DNA from: Octopus sinensis
Lineage: Eukaryota
Reading direction: 5' to 3'
DNA: 64,000 nucleotides
NCBI RefSeq assembly: GCF_006345805.1
Contig: NC_043001.1
Span: 40,300,001-40,364,000 of the forward strand
Shown: piece after piece, positions 51,485 through 64,000 of the stretch
How the letters are laid out: each line of letters starts with the position of its first letter
Numbering within the stretch: the first letter of the stretch is position 1
The notes under the pieces: model-generated
Seen by the model: the letters and a program-made list of their open reading frames with translations, nothing else
What the model was told of the DNA's origin: nothing
Databases searched by the model: none
Program-made: the position numbers and the translations under genes

Positions 51485-52734
51485 TAGAGGCACAACACTG
51501 ACTTTATGAACATTGATGATATGGAACCTCTCATAATCTGCATTAATTTACAAGAAAGAACTTCAAACTCCTGTGACTTGTTAACTGGTACCTTCGTTAA
51601 ACTTGTATCTTTCATACTAATGTACAGGTAACTGTATTTCATTTAATTATTTAATATTTAATTTAGAGTGTGTTGACCAAGGTGACCACTCCTGGTTCGG
51701 AAAAATCAATAATCTGGAAAGCCTTTGAATCAACGGCTGCAAAGCCTATCTAGATCATATATCTGTATACACACACACATATATATGGGCATATACAAGT
51801 AATAATAATGAATAATATTAATAAAACCCTCCTCACCAAGCAAGCCTGGTGGGGTTGCCAGTCTAGTTGCCGATGACCCGACCATGCACAGGTTGTACTG
51901 GATTACATGTTACCAGTAGCAAAGGGCAGATGAACTCCTGAACAGTCAACGGTCATCCAACAAAATGTCTGTAAATATGTGAATATCTTTTTTTTCTTAT
52001 ATGTATATATATGTATATTTTTACTTATATATATATATATTATTTTATATCTTTTACTTTTCTTTATACAATATTATTTATATGTAATTTTTATTTACAT
52101 ACCATAACTTTTTTTTTTATATGTAAATATATGTATATTTTTACTTTTATATACATATTTATATTTATTGCATATCTTTTACCTTTTTATATTTGTATAT
52201 AATTCTTATTTTCATTTGCAAATCAGATATTGTACCTTTCTTTTTTTTTTTTTATGAATGAGCTACTCTGTGTCTGTCACCGGAGTGATATTTGATCACT
52301 TTATAGTGTTTGAGTGCAGGTAGAAGCTCTTTAACCTTGGCTGGTAATCTACCTAGGAGAAGGAAAACTCTGAAATAAAACCCAAGGCCTTGGAAGTTAC
52401 TGGTTTTGTGAATTTTCAATTCATACCAGCGAAAGTCTTCTTGGGCCAATAAGTGGGGATAGTGCAGTGCAAGCTACACTCACTGAAAATTATTCATGTG
52501 CACAGGTATTTCCTGTACTCTAAATCTAAGTAAACTCATTGAATTGGTTGGTTGACAGAAACCTAAAAATACACTTGTAACTTACTCTAAAATGTCTCAA
52601 ACAGATTCAGTAAATGGCAAAAAAAGGCTTGGGAATGTCACAGGAACAGGTCTGGCTCAGTAGGTGTCCCAGTGTATCACAGGCTGGACCCAGTCGTTAT
52701 CCTGCCACTGTGGTCAAAGAATCTTCAAGAAAAA

Positions 52735-53075
52735 GTAAAAATAAACATCCTTTGGATTTTGGCTGTTGGAATGTGCGCACATTTCTTGATAATAATTTAA
52801 ACAAGAGGCCAGAAAGGCGTACTGCACTTATTGCATGTGAGCTTAAAGAATATTCTCTTGATATAGTTGCTCTCTCTGAAACTTGTCTCTCTGGTGAGGG
52901 TCCAGTAAATGAACCTATTTATGGGTATACTATCTTTTGGAGAGACCTACCTAAGCGTCAGCATAGAGAATGTGGTGTTGGGTTTGCTCTGAAGAATACA
53001 TTAGTGTCCTCCATTGCAGAGCTTCTAAGTAGTATATCTGAATGGATCATGTCATGCTATATTAAATTGACAAAA
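52735..53075 (+). pseudogene. RTE apurinic-type endonuclease N-terminus
   Basis: FGCWNVRTFLD...RPERRTALIACELKEYSLDIVALSET...GVGFALK. Confidence 0.9.
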
Positions 53076-53900
53076 GGTAGGTTTCAGCCTCAGTAACATG
53101 ATCAAGTAAACTGACAATTATGTAGCGTGTGCCATTGCAACGTCCATTAGTAGCATCTAAATTTCTCAGAAGCATTATGCATCATTTTTTCTTCTGTTTG
53201 AGAATGTATGGTGGAAACCCTGATAATGGAAGTTTGCTGATGAACTCAATTGGGTACAGAGTTTCATTATCAACTGTATTTGAGCTTCTGTATATTTTTA
53301 GCTCACCAGGGATCCTGGTCAACAGAAAAGCATTTACAAATTGTGCTGTTTCATTTGTTGGAGTAACAATGGTTCAATTTGCAAGCCACATAGGGTTTGT
53401 GAAGTTTTTTTGAGGTCAGCATATACAAAATCACATAAATCTGAAAGAGTACCACTTTCGAGGCAAAGGTCATTGGATAGTTTGATTTTGAATTCACCTA
53501 GGCTTTGTTCAACAGAAATATTACCATTTCCTACATCAAGATGGTAATTAGCAAACTCTCTTTCATCAGAGTGACCTTCTGTAAGAAGTCTTAGATTGGT
53601 TGTCAACTCCAATACTTCCATATGATCGCAAAGAAAAGCTCTCTTTAGTGTTGCATCAACAATTTGTGACCTGACACCATTATTTTGAAGTAGAATATTC
53701 TACTCTTGAGATACCCTAACCAGTTGGTCATATGTAGTGGAAACAGTATCATGTCTATGCCTCCGTGCATATTCAGGCATCTGTTTCAGTTGCTTTGCCT
53801 TGGTTTCATTTGATTCAGTTGACCGTCTTTCTTTCTGCCGTTGTGCCTTTGCAGCTAAATTTTCTTTCTCAGTCGCATATTATATATAAATGAAAGCTTG
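53075..53900 (-). pseudogene. Helitron RepHel relic (PIF1-like helicase part)
   Basis: SQIVDATLKR...VLELTTNLR...FANYHLDVGNG...YPIEFISKL...LRNLDATNGRCNGTRY. Confidence 0.88.
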
Positions 53901-56900
53901 TTAAAAACTATCTTGTTTAGCATGCTAGAAATAGCAGCGATCACATAATTATTATTGGTAAGGCTTATAGCATTCCAAGTAGCCATACCAACAAAATCCC
54001 TTCTTCATTTAAAAAAAAATACCAGTATATTGAAGAACTTTCATTTTCTCAAAAATATCATTTAACAAACTCCGGAAAATGATGATATTTTTGAAATTGT
54101 GCCTCGTATCAAAGTTATACAGTTAATATTAAATTATCATTATTAAAAATAGAGGCAAACGAGAATGAGAGACTATTGCAAATAAAAACGTAGACTGTTG
54201 CCTGCAACGAATTAACAGTGTTTATTATTAACCATTAAAATCTACTCTGCAGTGAATGCAATGAATATTTAAATTCACAAAGAATTGGACACAATGAATG
54301 CAATAGATATTTAAATTTGCAAGAATTTGGAGTTTTAAAAAATTCAGTAAACTTCATAAATCGAAAGTATAGGCAATTTCTTAGAACATGAATTTATAAA
54401 AAATATTTCCAGATGGTCAAGTTCTTAATAATTGCTTTCTTTTAGTACTTTTAGTAATTGTTACATACCTAATTAATAAGCAACTTTCTCCATTATAGTA
54501 TAGATGTATGCGCATTATAGTTATTATTTTAATCACATTAACTACACATAGAAAGGTTTTGATAAACAACACCGATACCACAGAGAACTAAATAATTGAA
54601 CAGTGTAGTGTGAGATAAAGACGCTGTAAGTTTCTGTGCTTTATAGTAAACATCATTACGGTATGCAAATAAAATTGTAGAATGACAGAGCAATTAACTA
54701 TACAGAGAAAGAAAACAACTATACTATGTAAACATATTAATCTTATACATAAATTATAACACTGAAATGTTTAATAAGAGTGAATGATATGCAGTAGCAT
54801 TTATATTTTTCTCAATGTCATTACCAACATAAGTGAAGTGAAATGGTTTCAACTTAATACAGTGCCTGCCTTCATATTCAAATATAGTAGCAGGGAAATG
54901 TGCTGATTAACTGTATAAATAAGATAAACAATTGTCTGGTGCATGAACAGCTGCATAGAGAGAACTGCAAGTAAACAGCATGCATAATGTGTGAACATAA
55001 TATACTGCACAGCATGGAAATAGAATAATGCAGATCAAGTGAGCACATTATGTTATGAACAAATGCAGTTGTATAAACTTGTTAAATTAATTATATTTCA
55101 TAAAGAAAAAAACAAAAAAAAACATGAAATAATAAAGGAGCTTCCACATAGTTACTCAACTTCCTCAATGCAGCAGCAAAAAAAAAAAAAAAACTCTTTA
55201 CTAAATGAGGGCTTTATGTTTCAAGTTTGAAGTTTTATAAACTGTAAGCTCACAATAAATACAGGATGGTTATAGAAAGATTACAAATTCTACAAAATTA
55301 AGTTTTACCCCTAAAATAACACAAGATAGTTTATGACAGTATATCTGGTGTATAGAGTATGTGAATTAGCCCCAAGTGTTTAATTAACTGCTTCTATGGC
55401 ATAGGTTTTTAGGATTCTCTCAGAACAGCCTAAATGTTGAAAAAAAACTAATTTAAATTTCTAGATTAAGTAAAAAAAATACTACAAATAAATTTATTGA
55501 TTTTAGTATTAAAAAAAAACAACTTACTAATTTCTCTTTACCAAGCAAAAAGAAACAAGGAATATAGTTAGTTTATGGAATATATATGTTTTGGTATGAA
55601 TCAATCCATAAAAAATGTTTTTTAAAAAAAATCTCAAGAATAGTGGAATATGAATTCATCAGTACCTCAGCTTCTAAGCTATTTGCATAGGTCAGTAAAA
55701 AAATGTAAAGAAAACAAAATTAAGAATATTTGTATAGAAGCGCAGTAAATTGATAAACTGCTACCAAGAAGTTTGTAAACAGTGTGCTGCAAAGAGAATC
55801 AATAGAAAGTATTGTCTTCTCCATTGCATTTACATTGAAATGAGGTAATGAATTGTATGGCACAGAATCCTGGTTATAGCAGGATGTCAGTTTTAATTGT
55901 AGTCCTTCTCTGTGTTGTGTGCAAACAATTTCCTCAGATAATTAATTATAGTCCTAATTTATGGAGAGAGTCGTTATACAATTAGTAATTGGAATGTAAT
56001 TCAAATGTTTACAGAGTGGTAAATATAAACAAAGTGAAAGAATTCTATATAGGTACACAGCAATCTTGGTATTTCTGCAGCATTAACAGGGACAAAGGCA
56101 GTGATGGAGTTATTTAAATTTTCTTTTTTTAATCACACATAAACATTTTACTTTGTAGTGTTAATGGTTGATGAGTCATTCTGAGCATGTATCATTTAAC
56201 TGTACAGAAATTTCCTGTTATGTGAGCACTTCTCAGTCAAGTTGTTCTCTTTCTCTTTGTTTTTATGTAGTATGCTCTGTTGCTAGGTAAATGAAGAAAC
56301 AGGAACTGGTAACACCATCTTGCTCTAAATATTATAGCACAAATGACAAAATATAGATTCACAAAGCGTTCACAATTTTATTTACCCTCTGAGATACTTT
56401 TACATTTGACAACAGTTAAAAGGCTAATGAGTTACTTTAGTTGTGTATTCATTGACTGGAGGAATTAGGAGACTTAATCTAAACATAACTTTGAGGATTG
56501 TTACTTAGCTCAGATATTCATTTTCACTTTTACCCTGTGCTGGGGATTAGTTGACCTTCTTGCTGTCAATGATCCAATTGTGAACAATAATTTAGCAGTA
56601 ACTTTTCTTTTATGACACTCAGAACAATTTTAATTATTATTTTGTTGTCTTTGTATGCAACCAACTGAATCAAACTGAGTTGAACACTGAGAGCAACAAT
56701 TATTAAGAATTTACATGTGAATTACTGAATTTCATACCTATCTATCTATTGTTTATTTCTCAATTTTGATCAAAACATAGCAATTGAGTGAATGAACATG
56801 AGGCCTAACACTTCATTTATTTTTAAAATGATGTGATGTCTTCATAACTGAAGGAAGGAGCAGAGAGTGTCTGAGATATCTGAGGGGATTGTTCATTGAA

Positions 56901-57774
56901 TCAAATTGAATTAAGTCTTTCATTGTACATAAGTGTAACTTTTGCCTGAACACTGAGAAATGTAAGTCTCTTCCTATTCTGCATATTCATCTATTCATGC
57001 ATTTTCTCCGTCTACTATTCCTGGGAGAATCATTGGGGAAGGATCCACAGGCACTCCTCCATAGGGTCCTACCAGACGTAATTGTCATTAAAGTTTCTGG
57101 CTGGATTCCTAAGTGTGACCAACAAAGAGTATGGATATTATCCTTCTGCTGGTTGGCTCAGCTTAAAGAATCTATCTTACAATTCTTTCCTGTGTATCTC
57201 CTTTAAATGTTTGTCAAGGTGATATTTCAAGTGTCCTTTCTCTTGTCCCTTCTGAGAATAATTTTTATTAATGCTAATGACTTTTCTTCTCAACAGGATT
57301 ATGATCTCAATTATAAATTATTTATATGCTTCAGAGTGATAGGAGACTGTATACAATAGACTGGGTGTTGTTTTACAGTAACCCAAATTAAATGTATATG
57401 GTATATGTTCAATTAGTGTTGCAATTTTAGTTATTTAGATTTGCTTTTCAATAGCAAAAGTCACACTGAATTGATGTTAGCACTGGGTTTATTTATTTCT
57501 ATGGCAAATATATCTGTCATAAAATAAAATGAGCTAAGGGAAATAATTTCATATATTTGGTGTATGTCACCCCTCAACTACTTTACTGTACATACTGCTT
57601 ATTTGATTTTCCCACGTTTCCACAAGATGAAGCTGACTAGTCAACTTTTTGCAAATTTCGAACTTAATCAAAACAAAAGTAATATTCATATTCTCATATT
57701 ATCAAGAATACAATACTGGTCAAAGTTTAACGAAAAGAAAAGTATCTTAAAATATTGCTCAAAAAGTGATAACT

Positions 57775-58190
57775 GATGCATGTCAAATGGTAAGAAGTTT
57801 GCTTCCCAACCACACAGTTCCAGGTTCAGTCCCACAGCATGGCACCTTGGATAAGTGCCTTTTACTATAGCCTTGTGAGTGGATTTGGTAGATAGAAACT
57901 GCAAGAAGCCCATTATACATAAATCTATATGTACATATAGCTATGTGTCTGTGTTTGTCCCCACCACCATCACCACCACCACCACTATTTGACCATTAGT
58001 GTTGGTTTGTTTTCATCCCTGTAACTTAGCATTTTAGCAAAAGAGACCGACAGAATAAGTATCAGGCTTAAGAAAAGAATATTTTAAAACCACTTGGTTT
58101 GATTTGTGTGACTAAAACCTCCTCAAGGTGGTGCCCCAGTATGACCACAGTCTAATGACTGAAACAAGAAAAAAGAATAAGAAAAAGACA
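57775..58190 (+). mobile_element. SINE family A, older copy
   Basis: GGTAAGAAGTTTGCTTCCCAACCAC...GGTTCAGTCCCAC...GACTGAAACAAGAAAA. Confidence 0.88.
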
Positions 58191-58477
58191 GGTGGCTTTT
58201 GATTAATGATAACAAGAACATTAACCACGTAAAGTAAAATTTTTTCTCATTCAGGTTGATTTCCAGCACTTTGATGAGTAAGTAGCAGTTCCTTAAGAAA
58301 ATAATCTACAATGAGAACTGAGCTTGTTTTTATCAGTCTCAATAATTGATACTTTCAGTGTATATTGGCTGTAATAAGTTATATACCAGGTGTCCCAAAT
58401 GCAAGGCAGCATTACTCACTGAATCACTCATTATTATACGTATACATACATACATACATATATATATATATAATCAT

Positions 58478-58700
58478 TATGTTTTTTACGGAGATGTACT
58501 CGCATAGCAAGTGATTTGATCTGAGATCGTGTGCTGAAACGAAAACAATTGCAGCGTGGAAGGTGTTTGTAAGCCATTTAAAAAACACACAAAAGCCGTT
58601 CGATTCACTTCAACATTTAAGTTTAATTTGTCAAAATATTTTCGTCGCTAAAATCCGCGACCTGTTCACTGACAAAAATCCGTGCTGCATCTGTGATTAT
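58478..58700 (-). mobile_element. Short CpG-retaining element next to a TA tract, with HHR-like architecture
   Basis: Minus 58676-58627: TTTGTCA GTGAACA G GTCGC-loop-GCGAC GAAA ATAT TT TGACAAA. Confidence 0.55.
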
Positions 58701-59468
58701 GATTTTTGTTTTCCAAGAAATTGTGTGTTGTTATATTTGGGTATGGTCATAGTTTTGTCAATAAAATACAAACACTATATACTTGGTCTTCCCTTCAGTT
58801 TTTTTTTTATTATTATTATCAATAATATTAATACACTAACTTTTTGTTTTTGTACATAAGTGTTGTGTGCGTCACACTTACTTCAAAGAAGTGGCAAAGT
58901 GAGAGAGAGAAAAGGACAGATAGGAAGTAAGAGAGAGAAAGAGAAAGAGTGAAAGAGACAGTGAGTGGCGACAGCATTCGTTTTGTGCTTTTAAATGTTT
59001 CAGAGAAGACGTAAGAGAGAAAGAAAGAGTGAGAGAGAGAGAGAGAGAGAAAAAGTGAAAGAGAGAGAGATAGAGAGTGTGAAAGAGACAGTGAGTGGTG
59101 ACGGCGTTTGTTTCGTGTTTTTAAATGTTTATCACAGTGCAAGAGAAGTAGATTCATAGATACATGTCATGTACACATTGTTAAATCAAAAACAGGAGAG
59201 AAGAGGGACACAAAGGAAGTGAAAGAGAAAGAGAGAAAGTGAAAGATACAGCAGATACATAAATCCAAAGAAAAGTTCATAAATAGATACATACACACAG
59301 CAAATATTGGATGTCAATTTCACTTTTCAATACCACACGTGGATAAAATTAACTCACAAATGGTTGAGTACTCCATAGACATGCATAACATTAACATAGT
59401 TCTCAGGGAGATTCAGCCTCACACAGAATATGACAAGTCTGGCCCTTTGAATTACAGCTACAACTCGA

Positions 59469-59539
<71 letters not shown>

Positions 59540-59829
59540 GAATGTATTTGTGTGTGTGTGTGTGTGCATAGTTTAGGTTAGTAATAACATGTTTGCAATA
59601 AGAAGTGTTGCATGGTGGAAATAAATGCAATTAACAAACTTTCATTCATAAATCCATTTATTATTTTGTTCTTTTGCATTTCAATTTGTACATTAAGGTT
59701 GTTTGAATATGTACGATGTATTTTAAGGTTAGATAGTAATTCTGTTAACGTTTGTATAACTGAGATATTTTGGTTGGATTATATAGCCATTGGTGTTACA
59801 TTACTTTCTATATTCTGTAACTGTCACAA

Positions 59830-59980
59830 TATACTTTTCTAGGCCTGAATTTTTTGTGGGGAGGGGGCCGGTTGATTAGATCGACCCAGTACACAACTGA
59901 TACTTAATTTATCAACCCCAAAAGGATGAAAGGCAAAGTCAATCTCGGCAGAATTTGAAGTCAGAACATAAAGACAGATG
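59830..59980 (-). mobile_element. SINE family B fragment
   Basis: CCCAAAAGGATGAAAGGCAAAGTCAATCTCGGCAGAATTTGAA. Confidence 0.8.
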
Positions 59981-60222
59981 GCCATAAAATACAAACATTT
60001 CTCATGGCACCAATACACTGTTTACAGATGCTTACATTTTTTATATTTCAGTTTTGGATTTGGTTTGCAAGATTCTTTATATGAGTTCGTGTGTTGAAGC
60101 ATATTCTATTGTGTCTTTTACCGGTGAGTGTGTTATATTATAAGGCACAAAAAGAAAATGACTCTCCCCAGACACAATAGAATACATTTTTATGCTTTCC
60201 ATGAATTTTTCATGGGTCCAGC

Positions 60223-60306
60223 TTCTTCTTCTTCTTCTTCTTCTTCTTCTTCTTCTTCTTGTTGCTGCTGCTGCTGCTGCTGCTGTTGTTGTTGTTGTTG
60301 TTGTTG

Positions 60307-60362
<56 letters not shown>
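60223..60362. repeat. Compound triplet microsatellite (CTT)(GCT)(GTT)(ATT)
   Basis: Direct reading. Confidence 0.97.
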
Positions 60363-60602
60363 TAAGGTGGCGAACTGGCAGAATCGTTAGCATGCTGGAT
60401 GAAATGCTTAGTGGTATTTTGCCCATCGCTTTCTCAGTTCAAATTCCGCCAAGGTCGACTTTGCCTTTCTTCCTTTTTTTGGGGGGTCGATAAATTAAGT
60501 ACCAGTTGCGTACTGGAGTCAGTCTAATTGACTGACCTCTCCCACCATAAAATATTCTAGGCTTTGTGCCTATAATAGAAAGGATTATTATTATTATTAT
60601 TA
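60362..60602 (+). mobile_element. SINE family B, full length with (ATT)n tail
   Basis: AAGGTGGCGAACTGGCAGAATCGTTAGC...AGTTCAAATTCCGCCAAGGTCGAC...AGAAAGG(ATT)n. Confidence 0.9.
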
Positions 60603-61174
60603 TTTTAGTATCCTTTGTCTAAGCTCTTTTGTCACACTCTGTTTTTCCATCTATTTTTCTGTGCTAGCATAGAGTGGACTGGTCAGCTTCAGTGCAGTAT
60701 CTCAATACTTTGCCCTCACATAATAATGTTGTGTATGTCAAAGTTATTTTATATTTTATGGCTGGATGCCTTTCATATTGGCAGCTACAATCCTAGCGTA
60801 GATTAGCTGCATTTTTAACATGCCACTTACACTGGAAATTTGTCTACCAGGGTCTACGAGGTATAGATTTCCCTCTACTCAATATATTTAATTTCATACT
60901 GCAGTCAGTGAACACTAGCATTGTTGATTATGGGTTTCTAGTAGATTAGTACAGAAAAAAATCACAAGCAACTTTGTCTGAAGAGCAACAATAACTCTAT
61001 TATTTTGTCAATGTACACACATAAAACTATGTTTCTGTAAATTTCTGTCATCTTCCACTCATAAAATATTAGTGAACTTGAGATAACATTACAAAACACT
61101 TGCAAAAACTTATGCATAGTACAATCAAACTAGGTAGGAACCAATTTTTTAGGCATACCACTCACATATATACT

Positions 61175-61570
61175 CTTTACTCTCTTTTACTTGTTTCAGT
61201 CATTTGACTGCGGCCATGCTGGAGCACCGCCTTTAGTCGAGCAAATCGACCCCGGGACTTATTCTTTGTAAGCCCAGTACTTATTCTATCGGTCTCTTTT
61301 GCCGAACCGCTAAGTGACGGGGACATAGACACACCAGCATCGGTTGTCAAGCAATGCAAGGGGGACAAACACAGATACACAAACCCACACATATATATAT
61401 ATATATACATATATACGACAGGCTTCTTTCAGTTTCCGTCTACCAAATCCACTCACAAGGCATTGGTCGGCCCGGGGCTATAGCAGAAGACACTTGCCCA
61501 AGATGCCACGCAGTGGGACTGAACCCGGAACCATGTGGTTGGTTAGCAAGCTACTTACCACACAGCCACA
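61175..61570 (-). mobile_element. SINE family A, near full length
   Basis: Reverse complement of the 11931 and 25398 copies. Confidence 0.92.
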
Positions 61571-61576
61571 AACACA

Positions 61577-61700
61577 GGCACAACTGTGTGGAAAGAAGTT
61601 TGCTTCCCAACCAGATGGTTCTGGATTCAGTCCCACTGTGTGGCACTTTGGGCACATAGTTTTCAACTATAGTCCTGGGCCAATCAAAGCTTTGTGATGG
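61577..61700 (+). mobile_element. SINE family A 5' half, head-to-head with the preceding copy
   Basis: CTGTGTGGAAAGAAGTTTGCTTCCCAACC...GATTCAGTCCCACTG. Confidence 0.8.
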
Positions 61701-61959
61701 AAAACTTCATAAGACAGCAGTATCCAGAAATTTTTTAAAATATAAAATTTGTGGAGGGTTAGGGCTTTGAACAAACAAAATGACACCAGAGTGGATGTAC
61801 AGAAGTATCCTTACAAAATTTCTTCTAGGTGTTACCTATTGCAATTCATCTTGGCCTAATGGCCCTTAATGTCGGTCTTCATTGATTATTTATTTCCATA
61901 CATCCACTCTGATGTCACATGTAGTATAACAGCCCTGTACACTAAAGAACTGCCCCATT

Positions 61960-62330
61960 TGCAATACTAACATGTGCTTACATATGTGCATGGTATACCA
62001 AATACAATGCTCCAAATGCAACAACCACTACATCAGTAGCACAACACAACCACTCCACATCCAAATTAAGGAGCATCTCACAATCAACATGTCCTTCTGC
62101 AAACACCTGACCAGATGTGGCAACACCACCAAGGAGATAGATGCCTCCATACTAGCTTCTGAGAATAACACCAGTAATTTACTTTGGAGAGCGACTGCTG
62201 CTGTTACATAAACACAAGGGAATTTGAATGGGTTAATGGAACCTACATAATCGGACTTTTCTTCTGATGATGGACCTTTGTGCCTGAAATATAAAAGTTT
62301 TATTAAACTTTCTACATTGTCAGAAGCTTT
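61960..62330 (+). pseudogene. Penelope-like GIY-YIG fragment followed by a terminal HHR-like motif
   Basis: MVYQIQCSKCNNHYISSTTQPLHIQIKEH...KHLTRC; then TCTT CTGATGA TGG...CCT GAAA TA TA AAAG at about 62260-62296. Confidence 0.8.
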
Positions 62331-62978
62331 CTATTTTATCTTATACACACACACATATATATAATAAGATTTTCAGGATTCGAAAGAATCAGGTATTTAA
62401 ATGGTAAAAGCACCTAGGTAGAGTCAGGGATAGCATACCTGTGTACCAACAGTGTGTACTGATATATATGTACTTATAAGTAAATATGGATTTGTCCTTT
62501 CAGTTACAGATACATCCACAACTAGTGACTGAATATACAATAAGTCATCAGAGTCACACAGGTATACTCACTGTACATACTCTACAGTTGACTACAGACT
62601 CCAGATCCAAACTTATGGAAGGTTCTGAGTTAGGTGAAGAATAAACAATAACATAGCTGGGTTGTGGTTCACTACAGCTGTTTCAGACATGTTCTTTATT
62701 GATGAACAAAAGTGTTACATTATGCAAAAAAATTTTTTTATTCAGGTGAATAAAGAGAAAATTTAACAATTAGAACTTCTCACAAAACCTTTTTTCTTTG
62801 TAAGACAAACTCAACAAACCCAGTTATGGCTCGGAGTGTGAATAGCGGAAACTGTTGTATTTTCTCTTTATTCTACAGAGACATATATAATCTACTATTC
62901 CATGATGGTAAGCTCAAACAAAAGATGTACTCCATATATATATATACATTTTTACAAACATACATACGTACGTATATA

Positions 62979-64000
62979 TCAGGTCATTAAGAATGAAATG
63001 TCAGATTTTTTTATGCACCAATTTGACAGTCATTAACTTTAAAGTTTCATCCTGACAATTTTTTGTTCTACAACACTGAAGAGTTACATCATCACTCTTT
63101 GAAATGCAATTCATGGTGTCTGATTATATTGTGAATTATCTTTTGTATATCAATTTTTGTGAACCCATGGATAGATCAAAAATTCGTGTAGTTCATGAAT
63201 ATGAGCTTCGCTGTGGAACCAATGTATCCTAGACAGCTCAAAGCATCAATGAGGTGTTTGAAGATGTGGTGAATGAGTATACTGTACATAGGTAGTTTGA
63301 GAAGTTCCACTCTGGTGATTTTATTCTTGAAAATCAGCCCCATGGTAGACATGAGACCAAGGTGGAAAATGATGAGTTGGAAACTGTAATGGAAGCGGAT
63401 ACATCTCAAACTATGTGTGAGTTAGCAGCAAGGTTTGACGTATCAATTCTAACTGTACTGGACCATCTGAAACAAATTGGCAAGGTAGAGAAGCTGGACA
63501 AGCGGATACCACATGAACTGAATGACATGTGGTCTTGAAACTTGCTGTTCTTTGCTGTCACAGCATAAAAGCAAACCATGTTGGCATCGTATTGTTATGT
63601 GTGATGAAAAATTGATTATTTTCAACAATAGCAAACATTCTGCATGGTGGTTGGATAGAGAAGTGCCAAAACACAATCCAAAAAAGAATATTCACCAAAA
63701 TCAAGCTAATGGTGTCTGCTTGGTGGTCCAATGCTGGTGTCAACCACTACAGCTCCATGAGACTTGATAAGTCAATTACAGCAGATGTATACATCAATCA
63801 ACTGGATGAAATGATGAGTGAACTTGCAATTAAACAACTGAGACTGGTCAATAGAGACAAGACAATGCTCAACCACATGTTGCACAAAGAACACTACTCA
63901 ATTTACAGCAACTGAACTTGGAAGTACATCCACCATATTCATCACACCTTGCACCAACTGACTATCACATTTTCCAGATATTTGGCAACATTTTGCAAAG
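62979..64000 (+). pseudogene. mariner transposon relic, runs off the window
   Basis: ATG at 63167: MDRSKIRVVHEYE...FEKFHSGDFILENQPHGR...KQIGKVEKLDKRIPHEL, RIVMCDEK, PPYSSHLAPTDYHIF; stops and frameshifts. Confidence 0.92.

Noticed and set aside
56997-57206. 69-aa plus ORF
   Set aside because: No splice or start context and no recognisable motif.

Overview
AT-rich, repeat-dense eukaryotic non-coding DNA. The SINE/LINE families and microsatellite load best fit an octopod cephalopod (inference, no database search). Most recognisable sequence is decayed transposons: a Tx1/L1-like LINE, many RTE 3' ends, CR1-like RT fragments, Penelope-like (PLE) GIY-YIG fragments, Tc1/mariner/maT/pogo/hAT/piggyBac relics and MITEs, Helitron fragments, at least three tRNA-headed SINE families, and TA/CA/GA/GATA/CAT microsatellites. 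No intact transposase or RT ORF, tRNA gene, rRNA or CRISPR array is supportable. The only host-gene signal is a CpG-rich promoter-like zone at the left edge with a candidate minus-strand two-exon start; other exon candidates are weak. The main observation is a tRNA-headed short element carrying a minimal hammerhead-ribozyme (HHR) motif. It occurs twice (6394-6957, 36528-36792) as a head-to-head palindrome with one target-site duplication, a microhomology junction and one arm truncated in the same short repeat. Several unrelated HHR-like motifs and perfect hairpins are scattered across the window. Boundaries of decayed elements are approximate and all pairings were read by eye.
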